DNA of 64,000 nt from Eledone cirrhosa (Eukaryota): assembly GCA_964016885.1 (NCBI GenBank), contig OZ024742.1, positions 225,990,001-226,054,000 on the forward strand. The letters run 5' to 3'. Each line of letters starts with the position of its first letter. Within the stretch, counting starts at the first letter, position 1. The notes beneath the pieces were generated by a model, which did not search any database, was not told the DNA's origin, and saw only the letters and a program-made list of their open reading frames with translations. Made by a program: the position numbers and the translations under genes. Shown piece by piece: positions 1-11,284 of this stretch.

Positions 1-460
1 GCTATCTTCAATTCGGTAGTTGTGCCAACCTTTACTTATGGTCATGAATCTTGGTTAATGACCAAAAGAATATGATTACAAATAGAAGCAGCTGAAATGG
101 GGTTCCACCGAAGGGTCTTGGAGTAACGTTACTCAATAAAGTGCGTAAATTGGAGATCAGAGAGTTACTCCAGGTAGAGCTGCTACTTCTCTGAATTGAG
201 AGATCAACGCTCCAATACTATGGGCATGTGGTTAGAATGGAAAGAATTGCTGGGCAGATTTTATGGATAAAATCAAATGGCAAGAAACCCAAGGATAGAT
301 CCCAAGCAAGATAGTTGAATAACATCCATGAGCTTGGCTGGTCTCACTTGAGGATTCAGCCAGATTGGTTGGAAATGGTTGCTTCTGACAGGAGCCGGTG
401 GAAGGAATGTTTAAAGACTCTGCCCCAATGACCCTCTCGGGAATAAGTGGGTGATGAAGA
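1..460 (+). mobile_element. Decayed 3' fragment of an RTE-clade (Expander/Rex3-like) LINE ORF
   Basis: Frame 1 reads AIFNSVVVPTFTYGHESWLMTKRI*LQIEAAEMGFHRRV, then after frameshifts IERSTLQYYGHVVRM and ASDRSRWK. These match the post-RT YGxExW / AAEM / GHVxRM / DRxxW motifs of RTE elements. In-frame stops are present. Confidence 0.75.
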
Positions 461-720
461 ATGTGGAGGTATTTAATTTTTAATGTGATATAGTCATAAT
501 ACTGTTTTGTACTTTTCAATGTTGTTTTATGCTATATGTTTATATTATCTTTACCAATGGCAAACTGTTGTGAGAATATGCAGTATTATAGTAAAGACTT
601 TAATGTTTAATGTGATCAAGTCATAGTGCTGTTTGATACTTTTCAAGAATGTTTTCTTAATGTGGTTTCATGTGGGATTGGTAGTTAAGAGTTATTCTTT
701 ATATTTTTTTACTTTTGTAG

Positions 721-969
721 ATTTCAGTTACTGAATAAAGGCCATACTCAGCTTGAATACAATTGGCAGGTTATGGTGGAAGAACTACTGTCATCATCTA
801 ACTTGACAGAGCAGCGATTGAGCGTGTGCCTCCCAACATCCACAGATAGTTATATACCAATTTCCATTGACCCAATGTTTGGTACCTTAGCTGCTGGTGC
901 CTCTATCTTTTTCAATGTCAAGTTTTCTCCACTAAAGGCTGTCTCATACACTGGCAAACTAATTTGTTG
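721..969 (+). CDS. HYDIN: HYDIN-like internal exon A (phase 2 to phase 2)
   Basis: Acceptor ttttttacttttgtag|A and donor TG|gtaact. Reads FQLLNKGHTQLEYNWQVMVEE...ISIDPMFGTLAAGASIFFNVKFSPLKAVSYTGKLIC, an ASH/Ig-like repeat. Joins in frame to exon B. Confidence 0.85.
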
Positions 970-1570
970 GTAACTACTACTACTACTACATGCATGCTCT
1001 CACACACACACATACAGCAAAACTATATGTATGTTTACTATACATGAACACATTGTAATTGGGTCGATATATGTCTTTATTTTGATATATTTTAGTATAC
1101 CAATTATTATATTATTACATAAACATACTTAAATGAATAAACATTGTTGTCTCTAATCAAGATGAAGTAAGAGTATATTTGAATTCATAGAAAAATGAGA
1201 AAACTCAAAACAAGAATAGCTGTTAAAACAGCCAAATGCTGTTAATGACAGCATTGGGTAAAAATACCTCAGAGGACAGAGATCAGTGGCTAGTGGTCGG
1301 TAGAGAGACAATCCATGAGGTGGGTGACAGGCAGATGAAATATAGAAATGATTGAGAGAGGAGGAGAACAAGGAGAAGTGTGTTGCCATATAGAAGCAAC
1401 TGGAAAAAGGAAATAAAGGTGATGTACAAGACAAGTCACACACACATCTTCACCCTCATCAGCTCTCATACCAGCAAAATGGTTTCATATGATTAAACAT
1501 AGTATAGTAGTTATTCTGCATGCACTCATTGTAACCCATCTATATATACCTTTATTTTGATATATTTTAG

Positions 1571-1795
1571 TATCCCTAACCTTCAAGAAGATGTTCAAAG
1601 CCCCAATATTGTATTAAAAGCCACTGGACTGATGCCATATTGTCATTTTGATGTGAAAGAGTCAGATTACATCACTAACGCTCGCCGGGACCCAAGAAGA
1701 TGTGGCCCAGGTGGAGCACCCCCATATGCAGCACTTGACCCTAATACTCGTGTTATTGAAATAGAGTGTATTGGAGTGAGAGCCAGGCCCAACAT
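1571..1795 (+). CDS. HYDIN: HYDIN-like internal exon B (phase 2 to phase 2)
   Basis: Acceptor tatattttag|T and donor AT|gtaagt. IPNL...LMPYCHFDVKESDYITNARRDP...LDPNTRVIEIECIG matches the HYDIN segment CHFDLKDSDY...LDPNTRVIEF (recalled, not searched). Confidence 0.92.
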
Positions 1796-1833
1796 GTAAG
1801 TGATCCATAGCACTGGATTTACAGTAAAATATT

Positions 1834-1862
1834 TCATCATCATCATTGTCGTCATCATCACT

Positions 1863-1913
<51 letters not shown>

Positions 1914-2160
1914 TGCATAATCATCATCACCACCTGCATCATCATAACCATCATCATCATCATTGCCATCATCACCATCATCATTTTATGCTTGCTTCTC
2001 CATGCTAGCATGGGGGGTTGGACAGATTGTCACAGTCCAAAACAAAACTGGAACCATGTCTTGCTCATATTTTCTATATTTTGGCTTGATTTTCTATGGC
2101 TGGATGCCCGTCCTAATACCAACCACCTTACAAAGTACACTGGCTGCATTTTATGTATTT
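1834..2160 (-). mobile_element. RTE-family 3'-tail fragment with an expanded (CAT)n tail (~150 bp) and one degenerate satellite-like unit
   Basis: (CAT)n at 1834-1985 is followed by ccatgctagcatgg...tgtcttgctcat...ggctggatgcccgtcctaataccaaccacc, the same tail as the LINE 3' UTRs at 5815 and 8538. Confidence 0.7.
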
Positions 2161-2220
2161 ACTAAAGAAATTGTAGCTTAAAGTTGTTATATGCTACTTT
2201 TTTGTTTTGTTTACTTAATA

Positions 2221-2404
2221 CAGTGGTTCCCAAAGTGGGTTCCATGGAACCCAAGGGTTCCATAAACGAGTGTCTGGGTTTCCATGAAAAAAGGTAGAGG
2301 AGTGTATTTATATTATGATCATATAACAGTATTAGACTTTGGGTTCCTCCAAAAGTTTCTGAACCTAAAAGGGTTCTGCATTTGAAAAAGTTTGGGAAAC
2401 CCTG
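2221..2404. mobile_element. hAT (Charlie-like) MITE
   Basis: Terminal inverted repeats CAGTGGTTCCCAAA ... TTTGGGAAACCCTG. The flanking 8-mers ACTTAATA / GCTTAGTA match at 6 of 8 positions, consistent with a decayed 8-bp TSD. Confidence 0.8.
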
Positions 2405-2506
2405 GCTTAGTAGATCTGTAGGAAAGGGACAGTGCCTGTATCCTTCACAGTATCTCCACAACCGAAGAGATTGATGTTGTTAATGTTTACTTGATAGGTC
2501 TGTAGG

Positions 2507-2735
2507 ATGTTAGTGGTGGTGAGATTGGTGATGGTAGTTGTGGAGGTCGTGATGATGATAAAAATGATGATGATGATGCTTGTGGTGATGGGCAGTTGTG
2601 GTAGGTATGCTGAGGATGATGATGATGGCAATCTTGATGTTGATGATGATAGTAACACTGATGGTAATGGTGATAGTAGTGGTTATAGTGGTGGGATAGT
2701 GATGGTGATCTTGATGGTAGTGGTGATGATAGTGG
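2507..2735 (+). repeat. Degenerate (GAT/GGT)n trinucleotide tract
   Basis: Runs of gatgatgat / ggtgatggt directly upstream of exon C. Confidence 0.85.
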
Positions 2736-2783
2736 TAAGAGTTACCATTATATTTAAATGCTTCCCCATTTATCCAATTTTAG

Positions 2784-2922
2784 AACGTTCCCAATATTCA
2801 ACCCAACGGAAAATGAATATAATTATGAATGGATCTGTCAAGATGAGAAACATGTTAAGAATAACCCAGGATTCACTTGTTTAACTCCCAAAGGCTCTGT
2901 AAAACCAGGAAAAACAGCTGAG
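2784..2922 (+). CDS. HYDIN: HYDIN-like internal exon C (phase 2 to phase 0)
   Basis: Acceptor ccaattttag|A and donor GAG|gtaatt. Reads TFPIFNPTENEYNYEWICQDE...FTCLTPKGSVKPGKTAE (compare HYDIN TFTILNPT...FTCLTEKG...KAE). Confidence 0.9.
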
Positions 2923-2940
2923 GTAATTTTCAGTATTTAA

Positions 2941-3626
2941 CTCTTTAACCACCTACCTTGCCTAAAACTGCCCCTGTTAAAGTGTTCAAATGTAAATTCA
3001 AACCTTGAACTGAAATTTTATTATTATGTTGGACAACATGTTTTGTGGTGTATAGTTACAGCCCTTTATGTTCTAAGTTCAAATCCCACGAAGGTTAGAT
3101 TTGCTTTTCATCCTTACGGGGGTCAATAAAATAAAGTACCTGTAAAACACAGGGGTCAATTTAATCGACTTGACCCTTCCTTTCAAATTTCTGGCCTTGT
3201 GCCAACAGTAGAAACAATTATGTGACAAACAATATTAGGTTTTAGTAGTTAAATGTGTCTTTTATTGTTAACATCCTAAAATGATTTAGCAGAAAATATT
3301 TTAAAACAAGTTTGTTACTTCAAACATTTATAGTATGTTTACTTGGAGACAGATTGTTATGAAAATTTCTTTTATTAGTGTAAAGACCTTAATTTTTAAT
3401 GTTATGTAATTATAGTGCTGTTTCTTCTTTTTTTTTTTTTTCTTTTCAAAAATGTTTGGCTCATACAGTTTCATGGGTTTGTTAATTCAAATTTTTATAG
3501 TATATTCACTAGTGAACAGATTGCAGTGAAGATTCTAATTTTTAATGTGATGCAGTCATTGCACTGTTTTATACTTTTTAAGAAAGTGTTACTAATGTGG
3601 TTTCATATGGAACAGGTCGTTAAAAG
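2941..3626. mobile_element. Putative TTAA-flanked (piggyBac-like) MITE with a nested SINE; related fragments at ~470-695 and ~15270-15430
   Basis: TTAA|CTCTTTAACCACCT ... AGGTCGTTAAAAG|TTAG imperfect TIRs. The internal block taatgtgat.cagtcat...ctttt.aagaa.gt...taatgtggtttcat recurs at ~610-670, ~3540-3606 and ~15355-15426. Confidence 0.5.
3030..3220 (+). mobile_element. tRNA-headed SINE (Meta-domain-like central region)
   Basis: B-box-like aagttcaaatccc followed by tttgcttttcatccttacgggggtcaataaaataaagtacc. Paralogous to copies at 3700, 19406 and 24753. Confidence 0.7.
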
Positions 3627-3699
3627 TTAGATACCAACTCCAACTACAACTGTCTCCATTAAAGTGTTCAAATTTAAATTCAAACATTGGACTGAAAAT

Positions 3700-3880
3700 T
3701 GGCAGTATTGGTAGTGTCAGACACAATGCTTTGCAGCATAGAGTTATTGCCCTTTACGTTCTGAGTTGAAATCTCGCCACGGTTAACTTTGACTTTCATC
3801 CTTATGGGGTTGATAAAATAAAGCACCAGTAATGCACTGGGGTAATTGCTGGCCTTGTGCCAAAAGTAGAAACAATTATT
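3700..3880 (+). mobile_element. tRNA-headed SINE (same family)
   Basis: A-box-like tggcagtattggt, B-box-like gagttgaaatctc, core tttcatccttatggggttgataaaataaagcaccag, tail ggccttgtgccaaaagtagaaacaattat. Confidence 0.75.
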
Positions 3881-4035
3881 ACATGACCGATATTAGATTT
3901 CAGTAGTCACTTTTATTATTGAGCTGAAAGTTAGTTATTTTACTAAACCTCTCAAAATGTATGAATGTCTTGATAATTAAAACACCAAAGCACTATACTC
4001 TTGTTAGTAATATCGTCACAAAAGAATTAAGTTAA

Positions 4036-4492
4036 CCCTTCTGATACTAAACCACTGAAACCACTTCCCATTTCATGATACAAAACTACCCATCTTAAAA
4101 CCTTTCATAATAATTTTATGTAAGGAAATTGAGTTATGTTCCAAACAACACCTTAATAACGAAGAAATTACTTATATTACTAATTTCACTAAAAATTACT
4201 AAAAATTAGTCTCCCTTGCCATCCTCCGGGGAAACGCCTTCTCCATTCTGTCCACCGGGGCTGTGGGTGGGCCCCATCGCGTACCGTTGTAGTTGTTGTA
4301 TACAGATATTAACTCATCAATCCTATACAGAACTATAGTTATTTATCATTATAACGGCCTGAGTACATGTGGCTGTGAAGAGCAGATACATATCGTCTTT
4401 GTTATTCTGAAGTTACTTCCATGTTGAGTAATCTTCTCCTGGATTGAAAATATTAGGCAATGTTTTTCAATAAAAATATGGTAATGAAAGGG
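4036..4492. mobile_element. Putative piggyBac-like MITE (TTAA|CCCTT...AAGGG|TTAA); related fragments at ~16070-17228 and ~24428-24740
   Basis: TTAA on both sides with CCCTT/AAGGG termini. The reverse complement of the right end (ccctttcattaccatatttttattgaaa) matches the repeats beginning at ~16170 and ~24625. Confidence 0.5.
4206..4310 (+). mobile_element. Short 3' fragment of a CRE-like (RLE) non-LTR retrotransposon
   Basis: A GC-rich island in AT-rich DNA. From 4209 it reads VSLAILRGNAFSILSTG..., resembling the C-terminal ISLAIQRGNA motif of CRE-clade ORFs. Stop at 4290-4292. Confidence 0.5.
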
Positions 4493-4589
4493 TTAAATAT
4501 ATTTTATCAAATAAAAACAATAACCAAGCCTTTTTTTTTAGATTGCATAGCGTAGAGAGAACTCTTTAGACAAAGCAGTCTCTCTTGTG

Positions 4590-5070
4590 TTGGTACCACA
4601 ATAAAATATACCCAGTACACTCTATAAAAGGATTGATGATCAAAGAGATACAATGAAGGATAGAGAGGATGATTTAGACATGTTGAAAACTTGCCAAATT
4701 CTCTAGTGCTGGTGATATGATTAAATGCACCTAGTACACTCAGTAGAATAGTAGTGGTGGTGTCACAATGAAATACACTCAGTACATTCTATAAAGTTGT
4801 AGTGGTGGTGCCATGGTAAAATGCACCGTGTTTATTCTGTAGTGGTAGTGCAAGTGCCAAGATAAAATGTTCTCAGTGCACTCTGTAAGATGTTTAGTGT
4901 TAGGAAGGACATCCAGCCATAGAAACCATACCAATAAATTGAATTTACAAGTGAAAGGTAGTCCTCCTGCCTGTCTAAGAGGGCAGTTCACACTGAATAA
5001 GTACTCACTCAGACCATGCCAGAATGTCCAACACATACCAGAGTGTCCCACCAATGCCAGAAAGTAAAAT
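4590..5070 (+). mobile_element. Old RTE-tail derivative carrying ~4 degenerate tandem units related to the 48-bp satellite
   Basis: Repeated tggtg.ca...aaat.cac.cagtacactct.taaag units end in gtgttaggaaggacatccagccatagaaacc, the family's 3'-UTR core. Confidence 0.6.
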
Positions 5071-5097
5071 GATTTATTTTTTATTTTTTTCATTTAG

Positions 5098-5263
5098 ATA
5101 AAATTTAATTTCATACCCCATGAACTAGGGTATGATGAATCTTTTTGGGAATTCCGAATTGCCGAAGAAGACATCAAAGTTCCCTTCCTTTTTGTCAGTA
5201 ATGTGCGAGATCCTGACATTCTATTTGACCGCTCAAATGTCTTGTTCAAGTCACTCCTTGTTA
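5098..5263 (+). CDS. HYDIN: HYDIN-like internal exon D (phase 0 to phase 1); not called in this frame by the ORF track
   Basis: Acceptor ttttttcatttag|ATA and donor A|gtgagt. Reads IKFNFIPHELGYDESFWEFRIAEEDIKVPFLFVSNVRDPDILFDRSNVLFKSLLV. Confidence 0.9.
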
Positions 5264-5289
5264 GTGAGTATTTTTATATTGTATCATCA

Positions 5290-5780
5290 CCTAAAAAATA
5301 ATTTCAGAGTCTTGGGTTCAAATATACTATGTGGAACCTAGGGTTTTTACTCTACTCTGCTTTCAGGCCATCCAATACCTCATGAGTGGAATTGGTAGAC
5401 ATAAACTATAAAGAAGCCCATCATATATGCTTCAATGAATGTATGAATGGCAAAGTATAGATGAGCTGAGAGAGAAACTGGACATAAGAAGAATAAAATG
5501 TAGCATACAAGAGAGAAGACTGGTATGAATGTGTGATACATATGATGAATGTTGGGCAAAGAATGTTGGGCGAAGAAGTTCCAGGAGTTCCCAGTTGGAG
5601 GAAGCAACATTAAAAGAAGACCAAGAATGACCATAGCAAAAGTGAGAGCAGATCTCAAAATACTTCACCTGTCAGAGAAGATGAAGGAATGCAGTTGGTT
5701 GAAGGAAGCTGTGATGGGACAGAGCATGGCAGCATAGAAAACAGACATAAAACAATTATTGTGATGATGATGATGATACA
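5290..5780 (+). mobile_element. Degenerate CORE-type SINE head plus RTE 3' end with (GAT)n tail
   Basis: gggttcaaat...tgagtggaattggtagacataaact..agaagccc parallels 25544-25700. It is followed by RRPRMTIAKVRADLKILHLSEKM (RTE C-terminus) and gatgatgatgat. Confidence 0.5.
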
Positions 5781-5814
5781 TTTATATATATATATATGTA
5801 TATACGTCTATGTA

Positions 5815-7652
5815 TATCATCATCATCATCACCATTTTACGTCCGTTCTTCCACACTAGCATGGGTTAGACGGGTTGTCCTGTTGTGTGCAGTGTCCAGT
5901 TGGCTGACCTTGTCTTGCTCATACAGGAACTGATTCTGGCTTGATTTCTACAGCTGGATGCCCTTCCTAACACCAACCTCATTTACAGTGAGTGCTGGCT
6001 GCTTTTTTTTTCCATGGCACCAAGACGTCCACTTTACAGTGTGGGCTGGGTGCTTTTTTGCCGTGGCACCTCCACAACAACTTTGCAGTCGGTGGGGGCA
6101 TATTGTCTATATGCTTCAGCTTCGGCTCATACACATGGGAAGTCGGGTCTTCTGTATTACTGCGTGACGCCAGAGGTCACGGTCCTGTGTCATTGCCTTT
6201 GAGAGGTATAATTGGGTAAGGTCGGCTTTTATCACCTCATCCCAGGTCATCTTGGGTCTCCCACTCCACGGCTCCCATCGACTTCTAGTGCTCTGCACCT
6301 TTTTATGCAGTTGTCATCCTTCATACGCATCACACACCCATACCAACGCAACCTCCTCTCCTGCACATAGCATTTGATTCCTCTTATACTCAGTCTCTCT
6401 CTCAATTCCTTTATGCTTTGTCGTTCGCGTATATTACTATTACACATCTATTGGAGCATACAGGCTTCGTTTTTTTCCAATCTACACAAGTCTTCTATAG
6501 ACAGCGCCCAGGTCTCACTACCATGTAACATTGCTGTTCGTATACATGCATCATACAGTCTGCCTTTCATTTTGAGGGAAAAGCCTTTTGCAGTTTGCAG
6601 TGGCAGTAGCTCCCTGAAATTCTTCCATCCCGTTCTTACCCTAGTTATTGTACTTTCCGAACATCCACCTCCGCTGCTAATTCGGTCACCTAGGTAGCAG
6701 AAGCTGTCTACTGTTTCTGCAGGGCCCTCCCACAGTTTTGTGGTGCTTGTTTCCTGTGGCCGTTTGCTGCTTGCTGTCCCAGCGCAGCTGCTACATGTGA
6801 AGCCTACATTCTTAGTTAAGCTTCCTAAGATCCCACTACATCTCTTGTGTACCCATTGTTTGCATTTGGGGCAGAGGATGGAGTTCCTACCTACACCTTT
6901 TCTACATACTGAGCAAGGCCACTTCCCTGAGGGGATCTGGGTTCTGTTTTCTCTTCTACTTACGAGGACCTTAGTCTTTGTCAGGTTGACTTTGAGATCC
7001 TTTCTTTCTAGTCTCTGCTTCCAAGATTGGAATTTCTAGCTCTACCATAGATTCAGCTATAAGTGTGAGATCATCTGCATACAGGAGTTCCCATGGGCAT
7101 CCGGTCTTAAACTCCTCTGTTATTGCCTGCAAAACTATGATGAACAGGAGAGGGCTAAGAACAGCCTTGGTGGACACTGACCTGTATGCTAAATTCCTCG
7201 CTATAGTCATTGCTAATCCTAACTTTGCTGACTGCTCCCCTATACATGGTTTGTACAGCTTTCACAATCTATTTATCTACTCCTAGTTTTCTAAGGGCCC
7301 ACCAGATTATAGCATGGGGGACTCTGTCAAAGGTTTTTTCCAGATCAACGAATGCCAGGTAGAACAGCTTACTTTTAGCTGGGTACTTTTCCTGTAACTG
7401 CCTCACAAGGAAGAGGGCATCAGTGGTGCCTTTTCCTGGTACAAACCTAAATTGCATCTCATCTAGTTTTACCCGGTCCCCTAATCAACTGTGCTATAAC
7501 TCTTTCCGTTACTTTCATGACCTGGTCCATCAGCTTTATACCTCTATAGTTTCCTCTATCTAGTGCATCGCCTTTACCTTTGTAGCAGTTGACAATGATG
7601 CTGCTGCACCAATCCTTTGGTATGACGCCCTCTAGTATTACCTGGTTAACAC
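5815..7652 (-). mobile_element. 5'-truncated, decayed RTE LINE (RT, PHD finger, 3' UTR, (ATG)n tail)
   Basis: Fragmented frames: NYRGIKLMDQVMKV, QFRFVPGKGTTDA..AFVDLEKTFDRVP, LSPLLFII..LLYADDL, RLRWYG.VMRM, GRPKMTW. The 3' UTR at 5815-6110 holds two satellite-like units. Paralog of the 8538-11243 element. Confidence 0.92.
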
Positions 7653-7962
7653 ACATATATATATATATATATTAAAAGTGGAAGAATATAATCAAATCTC
7701 AAAGGAGAGTAGCAAAACAAGCATTGAGAGAAGCTAGGTTAGAGCTTGGAAAGAGTTACTGATACATATAGGAAATAAGCATGTATATTCAAAATTAATT
7801 GGAGGAGAATCAACCAACTTTCATTAAAACTGTTTAATCATTTATAATTGTTTCTGATGCAAAAAGATTGTGAGTCTTCCGTAAAAAATAATAGACAAAT
7901 TTACTTTGTCCATTAATAAAAATGGCAAACACAAATCTATGAAGAATATAATCAAATCTCAA

Positions 7963-8390
7963 TGAAATATACTTATCCAAGTACCCTGGGCAATAAAGTT
8001 TCAGAATATATATGGTTATGGGGGTCTATCTCGAAAACCATAGGAGGAGTTCGTGAAATCTTGTTGCATTTATTGGCCAAAATGTTCACTATAGGGGGTT
8101 AACCCCCATTAGGTTTTCTTAATATTATTGAAATTTGCTGAAGTTGTATATATAGGTATCATATCTTGTCATTTACCTATGGTTTAAATTTCATATAAAT
8201 CGAAGGGAAAACATTTTCAGCGGGGGTTTGTTCCCCCGGGGAACTCTTTGATTAAAATGAAATATACTTATCCAAGTACCCTGGGCAATGTAGTTTCAGA
8301 ATATATATGGTTTTGGTGGGTCTATCTCCAAAAGCATAGGAGGAGTTCGGGAACAAACAAACAGACAGGAACTACAACTTTATATATAGG
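7963..8390 (-). mobile_element. Non-autonomous Helitron-like fragment with an internal ~95-bp direct duplication
   Basis: tgaaatatacttatccaagtaccctgggcaat...cataggaggagttcg occurs at ~7963 and ~8258. The end acagacaggaactacaactttatatatag resembles the 5' ends of the Helitrons at ~14850 and ~23290. Confidence 0.5.
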
Positions 8391-8446
8391 CAAAGAGTCA
8401 GGACCCCGACGGCTGATCTCTGGGCGTTTCGACAGCTAGATCTGAA

Positions 8447-8470
8447 TGTATATATATATATGTATGTATG

Positions 8471-8538
<68 letters not shown>
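8447..8538. repeat. (TA)n/(TATG)n microsatellite
   Basis: Direct observation; it abuts the LINE (CAT)n tail. Confidence 0.95.
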
Positions 8539-8540
<2 letters not shown>

Positions 8541-11243
8541 ATCATCATCATCATCATCAACTTTTAACGTCCGTGTTCCACGCTTGCATGGGTTTGGACG
8601 GGGGTAGTCCCACTTGAGGCAAGAGTGATTGTCTTGCTCGCATAGGACTGTCTGGCAGGTTTTCTACAGTTGGATGCCCTTCCTAACACCAACCACATTT
8701 ACAGTGTGGGTCTGGGAGGTTTTTACCGTGTTGCCTACACGGCCACATTACAGCGTGGACTGTGTGTTTTTTTGTCGTGACACCTACACGATCTCATTTG
8801 TTTCGGCCTGGATGGCGCGGCACCAACATAACTTTACATAGAACGGGGTGGTGTGGATGGGGTGGGGGTGGTGGCGGGACGGGGTGTATTTTGTTAGAGA
8901 TGCCTACTGGCAAGGCGGGTCTTCTCTGTTACTGAGTACCGCCAAAGGTCTCGGTCCAGTGACATTGTCTTGGAGAGGTGTAAGTGTGTGAGGTCGGAGT
9001 TTATCAGCTCGTCCCAGGTTTTTCTAGGTCTGCCTATTCCGTGGCTACCGTCTATCTTTATTGCCCTGCACTTTGTTATACAGCTATCGACTTTCATGCG
9101 CATCACGTGTCCATACCAACGTAGCCTTCTCTCGAGTAAACAACATCTGATCCCTCTTATCTCTAATTTTTTCCTTAGTTCGTTTATGCTTTGCCGTTCA
9201 CGTATATTACTGTTACACATCCAGCGGAGCATGCAAGCTTCGTTCCTCTCTAGTCTGCATATATCCTCTGCACACAATGCCCAGGTCTCACTGCCATGCA
9301 ACATTGCTGTTCGTATGCAGGCATCGTACAACCTGCCTTTCATTTTTAGGGAGAACCCTTTAGCAGCTAATAGTGGTATAAGCTCTCTGAACTTTTTCCA
9401 ACCAGTTCTGACTCTAGCTACAGTACTTTCAGAGCACCCTCCCCCACTGCTGATTTTATCGCCCAGGTAACGGAAGCTGTCCACTATTTCTATAGAACCC
9501 TCTGCGCAATTGAAAGAGCTAGTATTTTGTGGGCACTTGCTGCTACTTATTGCACCAGAACACTGGCCACATGTAAAATCTATGTTCTTAGTTAGCTTAC
9601 CTGTGATCCCACTACATCTTTTATGCACCCATACTTTGCATTTAGGACATAAAATGGAGTTTCTACCTACGCCTTTCCTACACACCGAGCACGACCATTT
9701 CCCAGAAGGGACCGCCGCCTTGTTTTCTTTCCTACAAACTAGAACTTTGGTCTTAGCCAGGTTAATTTTAAGTCCTTTTGACTCTAGGCCGTGCTTCCAT
9801 GTTTGGAATTTCTTCTCTAGCTCGGCCATTGATTCCGCTATGAGTGTCAGGTCGTCTGCGTATAGGAGCTCCCATGGGCAGCCTGTCTTGAACTCCTCTG
9901 TTATAGCCTGAAGGGCAATAATAAATAGTAGTGGGCTGAGAACAGAGCCCTGATGGACGCCAACTTTTACGCTAAACTCTTCACTATATTCGTTGTTAAT
10001 TCTAACCTTGCTGACTGTTTCTTTATACATGGCTTGTATAGCCCTCACAAGCCATTCGTCAACGCCTAGTTTTCTAAGAGCCCACCAGATAATGGAGCGG
10101 GGACTCTGTCGAAGGCTTTCTCCAAGTCGACAAAAGCTAAGTAGAGGGGTTTACCTTTAGCTAGGAACTTCTCCTGTAGTTGTCGTACTATGAAAAGAGC
10201 GTCTGTGGTACTTTTGCCTGACACAAACCCGAACTGCATTTCATCTAGGTCAATTCTCTCTCTGATTAGTTGCGCTATTACTTTTTCCGTGACCTTCATG
10301 ACCTGGTCGATTAATTTAATGCCTCTATAGTTACTCCTATCTAGGGCGTCTCCTTTACCCTTATAACAGTTAACGATGATGCTGCTATGCCAGTCCTTCG
10401 GAACAACCCCATTCTGTACGACATGGTTAACTATGCGAGTGACCATGGTGTGTCCCACCGTGCCAGATGCCTTCAGCATCTCAGCAACTATTTCCGAAGG
10501 CCCAGCCGCCTTACCTGTCTTCATATCCTTGATTGCCTTACTTATTATACTCCCCTCGACTAACACTGCTGGTCCCTCTATTGGGTCGATATGGGGGAGA
10601 CTGTCTTTCTCCCATTTATTCTCCTCATTTAGTAGCCTTTCATAGTGACACTTCCAAGCTACCTTCTTATCAGTGTCGGTGATGGCAAGTATGCCATCAT
10701 CGTTAAGTACACACTTCTCCCCGACAATATCACGGTTTTCCTTGACGCATTGCCTAGCAATCCTGAACACCTCACGTTTTTGGTCATCGCGTTGTAGAAC
10801 ATGCTTGAACTTTCTTTCCTCAACTTCCCTTCTTGCTAAGTACACTTCTCTCCTAGCTTCCCTCCTGGCCACTTGATAGTCTACTCTACTTCCCCCATCC
10901 CGCCATACTTTCCAAGCCTGCTTTTTGGCCTTAATTGACCCCTCCACCTTACTGTTCCACCACCATGTTACTCTCCTCCTGCCTACAGGCCTGCTCCAGC
11001 CACAGACTTCGTCTGTCGCCAACAGCAGGTTTGCTTTCAGAAATTCCCACTGTCCCTCTATATTGTCCGACTCTAAATGTTCTTCCTTACTGTCGAAAGC
11101 ATCAAGTAATATGTTTTGAAATTTATTTTTGGCTGTGGGGTCCTTTAGCTTCCATATTTTTCTCCTGAGGATAGTCCTCTTCTGCTGTCGAGTACGTCTC
11201 ATCCTGACTATGAGGTCGCTAATTATCAGTCTATGTTGGGAGG
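8538..11243 (-). mobile_element. Young 5'-truncated RTE LINE: end of the APE domain (SQHRL), complete RT, PHD finger, C-terminal domain, 3' UTR and (ATG)n tail
   Basis: ORFs 10066-11283 and 8894-10048 are joined by one frameshift. Motifs: NYRGIKL, QFGFVSGKSTTDA, FVDLEKAFDRVP, GVHQGSVLSPLLF, YADD (9851-9862), FRYLG, HGSETW, RLRWYGHVMRM, GRPRKTW. Flanked by (TA)n on both sides. Confidence 0.96.
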
Positions 11244-11284
11244 TATATATATATATATATATATGTATATTCTCATTTCTCATT

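Noticed and set aside
1440-1490. Minus-strand GAAACCA-TTTTGC-TGGTA...CTGATGA hammerhead-like motif
   Set aside because: Only 6 nt lie between the putative cleavage site and CTGATGA, so helix I cannot form, and helix II does not pair. Probably chance or too decayed to call.
1667-2884. Poly-Met, poly-Ile and poly-Val ORFs (also 15583-16090 beyond the exon)
   Set aside because: These are translations of (CAT)n/(GAT)n microsatellites.
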